In this document: positions 26,465-38,096 of the stretch, in pieces
How positions within the stretch are numbered: position 1 is the first letter of the stretch
How the letters are laid out: the number at the start of each line of letters is the position of its first letter
NCBI GenBank assembly: GCA_003614675.1
Contig: ML002316.1
Coordinates: 1 to 42,648, forward strand
DNA: 42,648 bases
Source of the DNA: Dimargaris cristalligena
Lineage: Eukaryota
Reading direction: 5' to 3'
Translations under genes and position numbers: made by a program
Notes under the pieces: model-generated
Databases searched by the model: none
The model's input: the letters and a program-made list of their open reading frames with translations, nothing else
Told to the model about the DNA's origin: nothing

Positions 26465-28224
26465 ATGACCGACCCCCCACCAATCTACCACGAACAGCAA
26501 TCCAATTGGTTGTGCGCCAAGGTAAGCCAGCCGCCAAATAGTTGCACATCCTCCTAGGTGGTGTGGTGAATGAGGTGGAACAAGGAGAGAAGGGTCCTAA
26601 TCCCTACCCCCCTTCGAAATGTCCCCAAGCGGTGTCGGCCTTTAGAAGGGTTTTCTATGGAGAGGCTACTGGGGCTTTCGGGTCCTCTCCCCCTCTCGCC
26701 TTTTCGACTTACGCCCACCAGTCCTACCGCGCGAGATATGGGGCGAGTCTGGGCCAGCTCACCCTCGGTTAGGCCTGCAACAGGCAGCCAAGTGGCCGGA
26801 AAATGGAAAGGTACGGGCATCTTTTCCTTACTTCTTTTCGTCCTTTGTACTGCTGTGTGTGTGTGTATGCTGGATATGGAGGAGGAGGAGGAGGAGGAGG
26901 AGGGTGGTGTCTCATATGGTAGCGGCAACACTTCGGCTGCTTACTAAATAGGTGATAACGCGGGAGAGGCCCCTTTTCTACCACTCACATACTGCACGCA
27001 TACCCATCGGTCAATGCACCTCTATTTTAGCCATCTGCTCTGCCTTAGGCTCAATTCCAATTACAACTTCAACTTCTATTATACTTGCCTATTCCTTGGG
27101 GTGGATGGCGTCCGCTATCTCTCGCTATTATTCGACCGGGTGGGTCCCGCAATTATATGCATGTAGCATACACTGAATAATCTCGTAAGTACCTGCATAC
27201 TGAACCTATTCGGCATTCCGGGTCATAACCACTTGCGTTGACTCATCCTGCCCTTCTTCCCGCTGTTTTTCCACATTCCTTAGTTAAATTTAATTGTATT
27301 GATTTTAAAATTTTACTTTAACATTCGCATACTCCGCCATTTCGACCAAACTCAGCGCTAATCTAATGGGTAGCTAACGACCTACTTGCATAATACCCCT
27401 CCGCTCACTCACTACTCTGGGTCGGATTCACCTTCGTCCATGTATATATATAGCTCCAGGAAGCCGCATTCAGTCGCAATGACCTGGAACAGTTTGCCTC
27501 CGACCTTGGCCAGGTCTCAAACAATATCCACCGGCGGTGGTGGAATCCCCATCGCCTATTGTTTAAACTCGGCGACTACGACATCAACGTTCTGACCCTG
27601 GCTCTGGAAAGCCGCGGATTCGATTTACAGTGGTTCGATGCTCGAGAAGGTAGGCTTAGTGTTACGGATATCAGTCATATGTACCGCCGGTTGTTGGTGT
27701 TACTCCCCCCCCTGCCAATGTATTTTTATCTTATCAGGATGTGGGTGGACGAGGGGAACAGACTGTACGGCAAGCTCGTTCTTTATATGCGCATGCCATT
27801 TAACGTCACTGATTTAATATACCGAACTATATGCAATCCATTTCGCCCGACTATATTCCACCAACGCCCTTTTCCTACAGATGCATCGACCATCCCACTG
27901 GCGACCTTGGAAGGGATTATTGTTAATACTGCCCCCCAACGGGCCTGGAACCGACGTCACTGGTTTTGCATTCGGCTGATTCGGGGGGTATACTGGAATC
28001 TAGACTCCCAGTTGACCCAGCCCCTGCCCTTTCGGGAAGGGTCCGGTGAAGTTGTTGGTTTTTTGAACCATATGATCGGCCTGGGTGCTTACGTCTTTCT
28101 AGTTCGGGCGGCCCAGTCATCGTCGGATTCTACCACCACCTCACCACCACATCCTCCCATCGGTTGCGAAGAGTCGTCGTTGGCGGAGTCTTCCCAGGAT
28201 AACAACTCATCATTGGCCAATTAA
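26465..28224 (+). CDS. Josephin-domain deubiquitinase (JOSD1/2-like), ~204 aa
   Basis: Exons 26465-26521, 27167-27184, 27454-27649, 27881-28224: IYHEQQSNWLCAKHTLNNLLQ, NPHR...LGDYDINVL, RRHWFCIR, YWNLDSQL. Cys-His-Asp triad intact; no UIM or polyQ tail, so not ataxin-3 type. Confidence 0.92.
26877..26902. repeat. (GAG)n microsatellite in Josephin intron 1
   Basis: ggaggaggaggaggaggaggaggagg. Confidence 0.85.
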
Positions 28225-30688
28225 CCGATTAGATCCAGCGAAGCCCCCCTCCCTTAGTTCCCCTGCCATTGGGGCTCTTGATCACGTGATTATATACTGC
28301 CATGTATGGGTTGGACATCGCTTTTCATCAATCGTGAGGGGGTTTTTTTTTTGTATCGCCGCGTAGCTGAAGTAGTGGGAGCGTGCGATGTATGGCGCGT
28401 ATGGTGTGGATGGGTGGAGGAACAATAATCGACGACAATTGTCCTTCTGTCGCGCCATTTCGTTTATTCCACCGGCCGCCCATACACTCTATTCACAGTT
28501 ACTGACAAGGATGTCCCTGATGCCCTGAAATGACCTTAGGTCGCTACCATGGGTGTGAGTGAGGTCTTCAATATACTACATCTAGTAGTGGTTGGGGAGT
28601 GGGGCATCAGGTACGGTGTCCAGCAGTACTGCACACACTAATCAGTTCGCGGATCAACCCACTCATGTGTGCGTGCTGTTCTCTGTCATCCCTCCGTGTC
28701 CGTTGGGATCGACGGCCGGTCCTCAATTGATGATTTGCTGACCCTTTTCTTATGAAGAGATCCGACTCACACACCACAATATCCCAGCATATCTGGCAAA
28801 TGGAATGGGGGGGCATTCCCGCCTGGCGAATAACCACACCCAGAGTCTCGCTTACCGCTTTCACACTGCACCTAAATATAGCCTCCTCCACACACACCAG
28901 CCTTTAGACCTCCACTGCCCCCCTCCCACTCTCCCTTGTACAGGCGCGCCCTTCTTCACTCCCCCCGCCCACCCTAAGGGCAACGGTAGTTTTGGCTAGC
29001 TGCCATCCGGTAGCCCTCCCTCCGAATTATCCATAATGTATGCCCATCGGTTACACAACAGGGTCTCGCAAGGATCTTGGCAAGCCTGATGATTTGTGTT
29101 CGTGAACGACGAATACGAATTCGGTACGGGTGTACTCTCCCTCTTCTCACTGCCGAATCTTGGTGCAGAATGTGCCAGTTTTTTTCCCCCAAGCACTGGC
29201 TGCAGGCCTCCCGGGAAAATGCCTCTCCCCCCCTAGGTCTACAAGAATCTTCACCCCCCCTTCCCCCCCTTCATACATACTACTAACCACCGTTTACTCT
29301 CCACTGGTGCCACCACTATTACAGCGACTGTACTCATCTCTTAACTATGCCCGCCCTTCGATGAAACCAACTGCTAGGCCCGAAGACCTTCGTGTGACCA
29401 CCCTTCTCCACAAACCAGCCGTCGGATGGGCCTGTCGTAGTTCGATTGTTCAGGGTCGTTCGGGTCGAAGAGTTATGAGGCCACCACGGTTGGCCAACGT
29501 TGTCGGCGCGCTCCTTAGGGCCCATCCCAACCAACCCCATTCGTTGGTGGTGGTGGGCCCTGCGGCGGATCTGTCCAAAGAGGAAAGCCTCTCCCCCCCT
29601 CTTTCTCTCGGCTGCTATGTACGTTCCTGTCACCGATACTCTCTCTTAGCGTCTTACTGAAAGGTCCTACTAATATGCCGTTTCCTTATTGCCTCAGCCC
29701 ACCACTATTGCCCCTCACTTCTCTCCACCCGCCGACGCGTGCAAAGTAGAGGAGAGAGTGCCTTTGTGTCCTTTTTTTCCTTCCTTTCTCTCTCTTTTGC
29801 CCTTTCGTTTCGCCATATGCGTCGTAGTCTCTATAACTTTTCGCTATCTCTTGACTGTTTGTATCCTTTTCTTGTTACGTATACCGCTCATTCCCTCCCT
29901 TTCCTTTCATACCCTATTTCCTACCTTTTATCTTTTATTCCCTTGTTCGCCCGACCCTCTCGTTATTCCAACTCGTTCCTTAGGTGGCCTTTTCCGTCAT
30001 TTCCTCTTCGTTTCTTCGTCGCCTCGTTCATCCTCCTTTTACCCTGTCGTATTTGTCTCGCTTACACGCCTCCCTCGCCTCGAATTCAGGTGTGACGCCA
30101 CTGATCCCCTCGTTCGTTCCGGTCGGCTTTTTGCCCCCTCCCCGTTGACCGCAGAGACCCAGTGACCATCCTAAACGCACGTCCGTGTGCACTGTCTACC
30201 ACTTATTCTTTCTTTTTCTCTTCTCCTTTCTCCCCATCTCATCGTGTTTCCCTTATCATCTCGCTCCAACACAAGCCCACCCCTGTCTTCTCAGACTATT
30301 CAACGACCCTTCCCACTGCTCGCTCGTTACTCCCCAGTCTCTCCATCGTATAGCTATTTAGTATCTCGCTGCTCGTTGGACCGCTCTAAAGCTCTCATTC
30401 CCCTCCGGCGCCCAGCTCTGGCCAACTCTCGTATTTTTAGCTAGTTTATCTTGACCGGCGGGTTCCGACTATATATATATAGCCTTACTTGGCCTATACC
30501 GAGGCCCCTCTCTTCTATTGTTTATACCTTCCTCCTTATCTCAAAAACTGGCGTTTCTTACGCAGACCAGATACGGCCCTTTGCCACTGCCCTCCCGCCT
30601 CTGAATCACCTCAGCGGACTCTTGACTACACTTCCGGTCGTCTTATCGGCCGGTTGCACGCTGTTTACATAACATACCCTCACATATA

Positions 30689-33600
30689 ATGACCTCTCGC
30701 CCACCAGAGCTATTCCCCGCAACCCCCCCGCCGAACCAAGGCGACACTGGCGAGATTCGCTGTATATGTGGCAGGACCGAGGACGATGGGTTTACGATCC
30801 AGTGCGACTCCTGTTACGTTTGGCAGCACGCAGTCTGCGTCGACGTTGAAAGCACGGCTATTCCCAAGCATTACTACTGTGAACGGTGCCAACCCCGTAC
30901 TAAATCTCGTGTAAAACCCCCACCGCTTGGCCCTGCGGGTGCTGGTACCGTTACTGGTCCTGTCCCTGGTTTTGCTCGGATAGCGTCTCCCCGCGATTCC
31001 GGTGAATCGGAGCCCGCCTTAGGCCGTACTCGCAAGAACCCCGGGGACACTGACGAGCGGTCACTCCAAGAACGTCGCAAACGGGTTAAGCACCGACCCG
31101 ACTCGTCCAGCGATTCCTCAACTCAAGCCCCGTTGGCCCTCCCTAAGTCCTGTGACTACGAGGCCCACCTCGCATTTCAACCCATATCATCCAATCACAT
31201 CCCCAACGAATCCCCACAGCAGCCCGGCCCCGTTTACCAGTACTTTCAACTTATCGCGACCCATCGTACCCACAAGTCCGAGATCCGGAAACGGTCCCAG
31301 TCGATGGCCTCCCGTGATGCGGACGCACGGTCGTCTTCCCCTCTTCCCCCATCCCCACTGGAGCCCGCCCTACTCGCCAATCTCTCCCATTTGACGGCGA
31401 TGGACCATGAGACCTTGAATCATCCCCTATTTAAGGTTACCCAGCAAACGTTGACCACCACCACTGCAACGACCCCCAAGACGAGAGTCGGACTGTTCGC
31501 CGAGTCTAGCGTGGCTTCCCATCGCTTCATAATTGAATACAAAGGTCAAATCGGTCTCAAAAGCGTCTATATTAAAGATCCCACTAACGATTATGCCCAG
31601 CTACGAACCTACCGGCCATTTGTTGAGGGTCACCCCCATTTCGATCTCTACGTTGACGCTCGTGCCGCTGGTAATAAGGCCCGGTTTATAAGGCGCAGTT
31701 GCCAGCCTAACGCCGAGTTACGGAGCGTGACCCTTCCCGGTAACGGCGATCATTCTGTAGTCCACCTTGCCGTTTTCGCCACTACCGATATTCCACAAGG
31801 CGATGAGATTACCATTGGCTGGGTGTGGGAGGTTAGTCCCCCTACACCCGAAACCGACCCGGCCAGTTCCAACCCTTCCTCGCCCCTTCCCTCCAAAATC
31901 AGTCTGATTCCAGGGTCAGTGACTAAAAAGCAAGTGCGGCTGCTGTACCGGACATTTGGTGAGATGCCCTGTGCATGTGGCCAGCTGAAATCGTGCCGGC
32001 TCAATACTTTGATTGATCGGTACGTGGCGCAGGCTAACCCAGAAAAGCAACTCCTGATCTCACCTGATTCGGGCAAACGTAAAGTGGGCCGACCCCCAAA
32101 ATCGGCCACCACCCCTTCCGATCTTTCGTCGGCCGGCTCCAATACTGGCCGGCCTCATGCCCGTACCGTAAGTAGTGTGGATAGCGTGCCCCGCTTGCCA
32201 TCCGTATCGCCTCGGAAAAAGAAAGGCCCTACTAGCAGGCCGAGTAGCAATCCCGACTGGTCAGAGTCCGAGACTTCCCGAACCAATGGGTCCGCTAGCT
32301 CGTTATTTTCCGATCCCCACGGACACATGACTATTGATCACAACCAAATGTCCCAGCAGCTCAACCGGGTCGACCCTAACGAAGTCTCCGATGGGCTAGG
32401 CCCTCTTTCCCGCGAGGAGCGCAAGTTACGCGATACCATGGCCTTATTTGAGCGGATGGAACATAAGAAATCTCGGGACCGTGCTCGGTTCTCGTCACCC
32501 CCTCTCCCAAGTGACTTGGAACCAGCGTCGGGTCCTCCCGGCGATTCGTCAGGAGCATCGACTCCACTCGGTCTAACTTCTGATTCGGACCATCGTCGTC
32601 CGCTACCCGGTAAAGATCGCTTAGTTAATCGCCGAATTGTTAGTGCGGGTGCAACGGCCACGACTAATCCGATGGGGCCGAAACGTAACGGCCAAGACAC
32701 TGATGCCCCAATTGGCCCCGTGCTATCTAACGTTGGAGGCTCTTCCGAATCAGCCTCCGATAGTGAACCCGAAATCCCCGACAGCGATTATGAAGCGAGG
32801 CGTAACAGGGCATCCCGCTCAATCAGCAAGGGAAGTAAGCCCCACGACCCCAGCCGGAGAGAGTCCATTCCCAATCGGACCCGGGCCCCCTCCCGCTCGT
32901 ATCCGTCAAGTAGTGATCCTGATCTTATGGGCAAGAAAAGCCGTAAGCGGCCTCGATCATCCAAAGGGGAGTCCGGTACACCTGATGCGAACGAGTCCGA
33001 GAACGTCGACATTGAAAACGATGCCAATTCTCCCGTCTTTCCATCCACGCCGGCCGCCTCCAGCGATCCCGCCGAAGGCAGTCGCCGGAAGCAAATCAAA
33101 GTTGACCCACTTCCTCAGCTGCGCTGCGGTCTTAAGAAATATTACATTGACTGTTATCTTGCGCAGCAGGCTTTGACCAAGACGAGCCGCTCTCCTAAGC
33201 GCGTTATTACCCCCATCCCCGTGCCTTTGTCCCCGAAGGTTAAGTCGGAGCCCGTCCAAAATATTGCACCGACGTCCCCCTCACCTACCACTCCGGTCAA
33301 TGATGCCGAGACTTTTACTCAGCAGTTAGCTGTTACGGCTGATGTTCCCGAACCCTTGTTCTTCAACAAATCCCCCGCTTCATCCGATACCGAGTCCACC
33401 ATCGATATCGACTCAGGTGATATGGTGGAGGTACACCAACCAGAACCTATAGCCAAATCCCTGCCCCAGTCGCCCCCGAACCCTCCCCATCTCACTAACG
33501 GGAATCCCGTTGAGGTTCCATCCGAAGACACTCATATCGATATTGATACCATGAGCCCTCTCCAACCGAAATTAGTCAAAATGGAAAACGAAGCCAGTGC

Positions 33601-35701
33601 TACCAGTCTACCCATCCCCGCCGACGACTCCGCCCAGTTTCCGATCCCGCTCTCTTCTGTACCCATGGAGTTATCTACATCGGCTGGGTCGAATCCCGTT
33701 GCGGCGATTGATGGTTCTCTTCCTCGTAAGACGAAACTGTCACTTTCTGAATACCAGAAGAGAAATAAGGTGCCCAAATCCGAACCCGATTCCGATCCAT
33801 CTTTAGCTTCCATGGTAATTGGGGTATCTACCGTGGCCCGGACTGAGCTAGTACCAGAAATTTCGGTATCCCCTCCACCACCGGCCCCCGTCGCTGACCA
33901 ACCGGCTGGTCCGGTCGTCCCTGAGGACCAGGTCGAGTTTCCTGGAATGGTGGCAGCCAGTTCCGAAGCCCCTGTAGATAAAGGGGTTCCTATTCCCCCT
34001 TCTTCCCCACCACCAACCACTTCCGCAAAAGAACTAGATGTTGCCGAGGAACCACCTACTATGGCCCCCGCCCTCGTGTCTACTGAAATCCCCCCGCCTG
34101 ATGTTGCAACTGAAACTCCCTCCCCTGTCGCCCCTTCTGCCCCTGTTACCAAGACCCGTGTGTCGTTGAAGGAGTACACAAGCCTTAAGCGTAAGACCAA
34201 GTCCGCCACCCATGTGATCACGCGGACTCCATCTAATCAGCTGATTGACCCGCCACCCGTCCCCGTGACGGTGTCTCCACCCAATGATGACTTGCCATCC
34301 AAGCCCAAGGAAGTCGAACCCCCCGTTGAGCCCCTAGAGACCCCCCAAGAGGCTCTTGGGCTGAAGGCGTTGGTTTCCCCGCCTACTCTAACCGCATCTA
34401 TTCTCACCTCACCCGATGAAGCCAAAGATGAATTACAGAGCATCTTGTCGCGTGAGCTGACGGGTATTGTTGCCCCGGATGTGATTTCTCGCCTTTCCAC
34501 GCCCACCAGTACACCCTGTACGGCCACTAAGCCCATGACTCCGCACTCGGAGGATATTGTGCCGCTGGTTGCCCCTGTAGCCAGTGCAGTGGAAGCTAAA
34601 TCCAGCCAAGCCCCCCAACCCGAGGATCCCTTCCAACTCCCCGAGCTGCCGAATGTAACTGTCTACCGTAAGCCCGATGGGCAGCTCAATGCCTCCGAAA
34701 CCTTGGTTAGCCCTCGTAGTTCCCCCGTGGCGGACTTGCCTCCAGTGTCAGCGACCGCGCCGTTTGTGAAACGCGACCTGCGGTCTAACGATTTGCATGA
34801 AAGTTCCGAAGAAGGCGAGGTAGTGTCGGATGGTCAAATGGCCGACGAACCCACTGGATTCGGTTATGATCAACCCCCTTCCCGTCCGGTAACTCCTGGG
34901 GCTGGTTTACCCTACCCGCCCCCACCTGTGTCACGCCGTGTTTCCCACCACGATTACTCAGCCTCATCATACCGTTATCGGGGTCAGTCTGGACACAGCC
35001 CACGTGAGCACGGTAGCCCGGAAAATGGCGAACGTTCTTCAACTCGTACCCCTGGCTCACGAAATCTGAGCCCCGAACAAGGGGTTCCTGCCTACAGCCA
35101 ACACCATCACCACCATCGCAGTCATCCCTATGCTGCCGAACCGGGCACGTTGTACCCTAGTAACAAGCCCTCTGGCGGTACCGGGCACAGCCGCCATTCC
35201 GGTTCCTCCCATTCGACGGCCCCCAACTGTGGCAGCAGCTACGGGCGCAATAATTATAGCAGCACGCGACCTAATTTCCGGAATTCTAATTACACCGGTG
35301 GCAATGTCAATGGAAACTACAACGGCCTACCCAACGGGGGCGGCCCTCATCGCACCCAATCGTATTCGGGCGGATACTCAAATGACCGCCGTGGGGGGAC
35401 TACGCCTCCTCCAAGTTCGCGTTCCTACAACCATCCGCGGCACGGCTATAGCGGAAATAACAGCGGTATTAATACCTCGGCGGCACCTGTCCCAAGTGGA
35501 GGCGCGAGTGGAAGCAGTAGTAGCTCCAAGTCAACTTACCACCATTCGTCGTCGGGTGTGCGTGGAGGTGGCCCTACGGGCGGCAGTGGGGGTAGTTCTT
35601 TCGGTTCATCTAATAGCCGTGGCCTCAGTCATTCGGGCCCTCGCAATCGGTCGCCCTATTACCCGAAGCACACTCCGCCACCACCCCCTCCTCCCATGTA
35701 A
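30689..35701 (+). CDS. SET3: PHD-finger and SET-domain protein, Set3/Set4 (KMT2E/SETD5-like), 1670 aa, intronless
   Basis: PHD: IRCICGRTEDDGFTIQCDSCYVWQHAVCV...YYCERCQP. SET: IIEYKG, VDARAAGNKARFIRRSCQPNAE, GDEITIGW (RRSC in place of NHSC, typical of the catalytically inactive Set3 clade). Conserved SREERKL..MALFERME helix; long Pro/Ser-rich tail. Confidence 0.9.
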   Translation: MTSRPPELFPATPPPNQGDTGEIRCICGRTEDDGFTIQCDSCYVWQHAVCVDVESTAIPKHYYCERCQPRTKSRVKPPPLGPAGAGTVTGPVPGFARIASPRDSGESEPALGRTRKNPGDTDERSLQERRKRVKHRPDSSSDSSTQAPLALPKSCDYEAHLAFQPISSNHIPNESPQQPGPVYQYFQLIATHRTHKSEIRKRSQSMASRDADARSSSPLPPSPLEPALLANLSHLTAMDHETLNHPLFKVTQQTLTTTTATTPKTRVGLFAESSVASHRFIIEYKGQIGLKSVYIKDPTNDYAQLRTYRPFVEGHPHFDLYVDARAAGNKARFIRRSCQPNAELRSVTLPGNGDHSVVHLAVFATTDIPQGDEITIGWVWEVSPPTPETDPASSNPSSPLPSKISLIPGSVTKKQVRLLYRTFGEMPCACGQLKSCRLNTLIDRYVAQANPEKQLLISPDSGKRKVGRPPKSATTPSDLSSAGSNTGRPHARTVSSVDSVPRLPSVSPRKKKGPTSRPSSNPDWSESETSRTNGSASSLFSDPHGHMTIDHNQMSQQLNRVDPNEVSDGLGPLSREERKLRDTMALFERMEHKKSRDRARFSSPPLPSDLEPASGPPGDSSGASTPLGLTSDSDHRRPLPGKDRLVNRRIVSAGATATTNPMGPKRNGQDTDAPIGPVLSNVGGSSESASDSEPEIPDSDYEARRNRASRSISKGSKPHDPSRRESIPNRTRAPSRSYPSSSDPDLMGKKSRKRPRSSKGESGTPDANESENVDIENDANSPVFPSTPAASSDPAEGSRRKQIKVDPLPQLRCGLKKYYIDCYLAQQALTKTSRSPKRVITPIPVPLSPKVKSEPVQNIAPTSPSPTTPVNDAETFTQQLAVTADVPEPLFFNKSPASSDTESTIDIDSGDMVEVHQPEPIAKSLPQSPPNPPHLTNGNPVEVPSEDTHIDIDTMSPLQPKLVKMENEASATSLPIPADDSAQFPIPLSSVPMELSTSAGSNPVAAIDGSLPRKTKLSLSEYQKRNKVPKSEPDSDPSLASMVIGVSTVARTELVPEISVSPPPPAPVADQPAGPVVPEDQVEFPGMVAASSEAPVDKGVPIPPSSPPPTTSAKELDVAEEPPTMAPALVSTEIPPPDVATETPSPVAPSAPVTKTRVSLKEYTSLKRKTKSATHVITRTPSNQLIDPPPVPVTVSPPNDDLPSKPKEVEPPVEPLETPQEALGLKALVSPPTLTASILTSPDEAKDELQSILSRELTGIVAPDVISRLSTPTSTPCTATKPMTPHSEDIVPLVAPVASAVEAKSSQAPQPEDPFQLPELPNVTVYRKPDGQLNASETLVSPRSSPVADLPPVSATAPFVKRDLRSNDLHESSEEGEVVSDGQMADEPTGFGYDQPPSRPVTPGAGLPYPPPPVSRRVSHHDYSASSYRYRGQSGHSPREHGSPENGERSSTRTPGSRNLSPEQGVPAYSQHHHHHRSHPYAAEPGTLYPSNKPSGGTGHSRHSGSSHSTAPNCGSSYGRNNYSSTRPNFRNSNYTGGNVNGNYNGLPNGGGPHRTQSYSGGYSNDRRGGTTPPPSSRSYNHPRHGYSGNNSGINTSAAPVPSGGASGSSSSSKSTYHHSSSGVRGGGPTGGSGGSSFGSSNSRGLSHSGPRNRSPYYPKHTPPPPPPPM

Positions 35702-36474
35702 CCGCCTCTTGTAGTTGAAATTTGGCACTGCCTTATTTAACAATCTTCTCCAGTGGGTTTAATATCCTTAGGCTTATTTACTTTTTCTTCGGTTGATTGG
35801 TGGATACTTTCTATTTACCTCGCCTCTTTATTTATCTTTCCATGACCGATCGTAGCGATTCCTCGTTCACACGTGTGGGGAAGGGGGCACCCCTTTTGTA
35901 TCTAGACGCGCCGTCGATATACCACGTGCTTGTACCATAGCTCTTTTTAATTCCTTAATTCTTGTGGAGAAATTCAATATAGCGCGCATACCCCCTCGAT
36001 CGTTGGGTTTCTAGGATTTATTTACGTCATTTCTATATACACACATAGATATTACCTGCCTACCCCATCGCCTCTTGCATTTAGCCCATTCTTCCTTAAA
36101 TTGTTCATTGTTCTAATTTAAATACTATAATATATTCGCCCCAGTCGTCGTAGTGCATCACAATAATATTTATCATAGTTCAATATCTTTGGTACTTTCG
36201 AATGTTGGTCCATGTGTTTGGGGGTAACAGGGTTTAATGAATGAAGTGATGTTTTAAAATAGTGGTTGGCGGAAAAAGCGCAGATTTTTTGAAGTAAAAT
36301 CCCCGGATGCTTATTCTAAGGGTCTTTTCAGCCGATATTTCAATAAAATCATAAGATCAGGCTAAAATACTGAACAGGTAAAGACCATTGTAATACTCTG
36401 AATTATTATTATTTTATACCCGACGAATGGGGTGACCCACTATGAGACTTCATGTGGCAGACACCCTGAGATGA

Positions 36475-37541
36475 TCATTCAATTTTCAGGGGATTGAGTA
36501 AATCATTCATAAGCGATTCCAGATCTTGATGGGAAATTCGGGCTCCCATGACACGATTAGTTTCCCGCAGGGCCTGTTGGAATTGGTGCAGGGTTGGATA
36601 GCATGGTAAGCTCTTAATGATGGAAATCATTAACATTAGGATATATTCCCGGGGACGCACATCGGAGATGAGCCGTGGTGGGCGGCCGTTAGTGGCTGCA
36701 CGTTTATTGGCATCTTCTGTCGAAGTGGGAAGTTTCCGAAGAGTTCAGTAAAGATAGAGCCCGAAGTTGGTGATGACTTGGGCCTGAACCATGACCAACT
36801 CTTCGTAGGCCAAGGGGGATTTGGCGGCATTTGATTGGATAATCGCTTCACGTAAGGTACGTTTCATGAGCACTGGCTCGGTGCTGAAAGGTCCGGGTCG
36901 GATCGAGCGCTTATCAGACGTGGTATATTGGCGCGCGAAGATAATGCGAGGAGGCAATGGGGTTTGGAGGAGCTTGGTGACCTCAACCCGGGAGGGGGAG
37001 GAGAAGGTCCCCTTGGTCGGTCATTCGGGGAGGATTCAGCCGGGCCGCCTGAAGAGAAGGCTGGCGGGGCCGTAAGCGGGCCGAATCGAGTCTCGTTGTC
37101 TAGCAGTAGCGCGAATAAATCCGAGAGGGCCCACACAATGGCTTTGCTAGACTGGGTAAGGGTACACATATTGGTATCGCGTGAAGATACGGCCGCGGGC
37201 TAAACTGTGGTCAAGGAGGAGGAGTAGGAGGAGAGTGGGGGGTATTCGGGGCCAATTTGCGCGGCAGACATGGGCGTAGGCATTGTCAGGGTGGGGTTGG
37301 AGGTGGAGGTGGGGGGAGCGAGCGTTAGCTTCAAATGAGTACCCCCAAGATGACGCTCGGTAAACCAGCGGAATAGGACATGGTCCACAAGATGGGGGTT
37401 ATCCAGGTCTTGGCTATATTCTTCGGGGTGTTCTGAATCAACGAAATAGAAGAGGCGCGCCACGGTGGGTTGGTCCTCGTCAATCTGTAAATAATAGCAA
37501 CTGGCCATTTTAGGGAAGTCATTACTTATTTTTCCTTCCAT
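36475..37541 (-). pseudogene. Disrupted reading frame of unknown family (two in-frame stops, one frameshift)
   Basis: ORFs 37541-37200 and 37169-36864 share a frame across one TAG (37202-37200). ORFs 36957-36745 and 36660-36475 share a frame across one TGA (36747-36745). The frame shifts near 37020-36960. Confidence 0.55.
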
Positions 37542-38096
37542 TGCATTGTTTGGTGATCGAAGTCTTCTGCTAGTGACAGTGATATATCGGTAGGTACGGG
37601 CGCATAGAGGGACATTCGTGGCAAGTAAATCAATCAGGCAGAGTTAGATGGAGGGAATTACGAGCATCATTATAAATACCCAATTCTTATAGCCCTTGGT
37701 GGGGCTGTAAAAGGGTAGCGCAAGTAAGAGTATAACGCCGAGGAATCATTCACTTTGCTTCCAAAACTACCGGTGAGCTGGCCAGATTATACAACAGTGG
37801 CTGTTTCAAATATACTTACGTTAGGCTGATGTACACGGTAAATTGGAGGGGTTCATTGGAAGCTTCCCGGCCGTCAATTCTACTTCTGGAAGATATACCA
37901 AATCCATACAGAGAGAGAATATCGATTCGCTATAATGCGGTCCAAATTATTCGGTTGCTTTAAAAGATGTACAAGAAATACATTTATAATTCTAGTTCAA
38001 TAAGATAGCCTCGGATTTAAGCCTATTTGGGCATACCGGGGTACCCCACTAGAGTTAGCAATATTCCCCCTATTGTGAATTAATATGAGAAAATCA

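Noticed and set aside
26558-26810. Cassette exon inside Josephin intron 1
   Set aside because: Would need a 36-nt upstream intron, much shorter than any other intron here.
30710-35714. Alternative-frame ORFs within SET3
   Set aside because: Shadow frames of a GC-rich, low-complexity coding sequence.
36745-36747. In-frame TGA as selenocysteine
   Set aside because: The same frame chain also has a TAG and a frameshift, there is no redox motif, and I recognised no SECIS.
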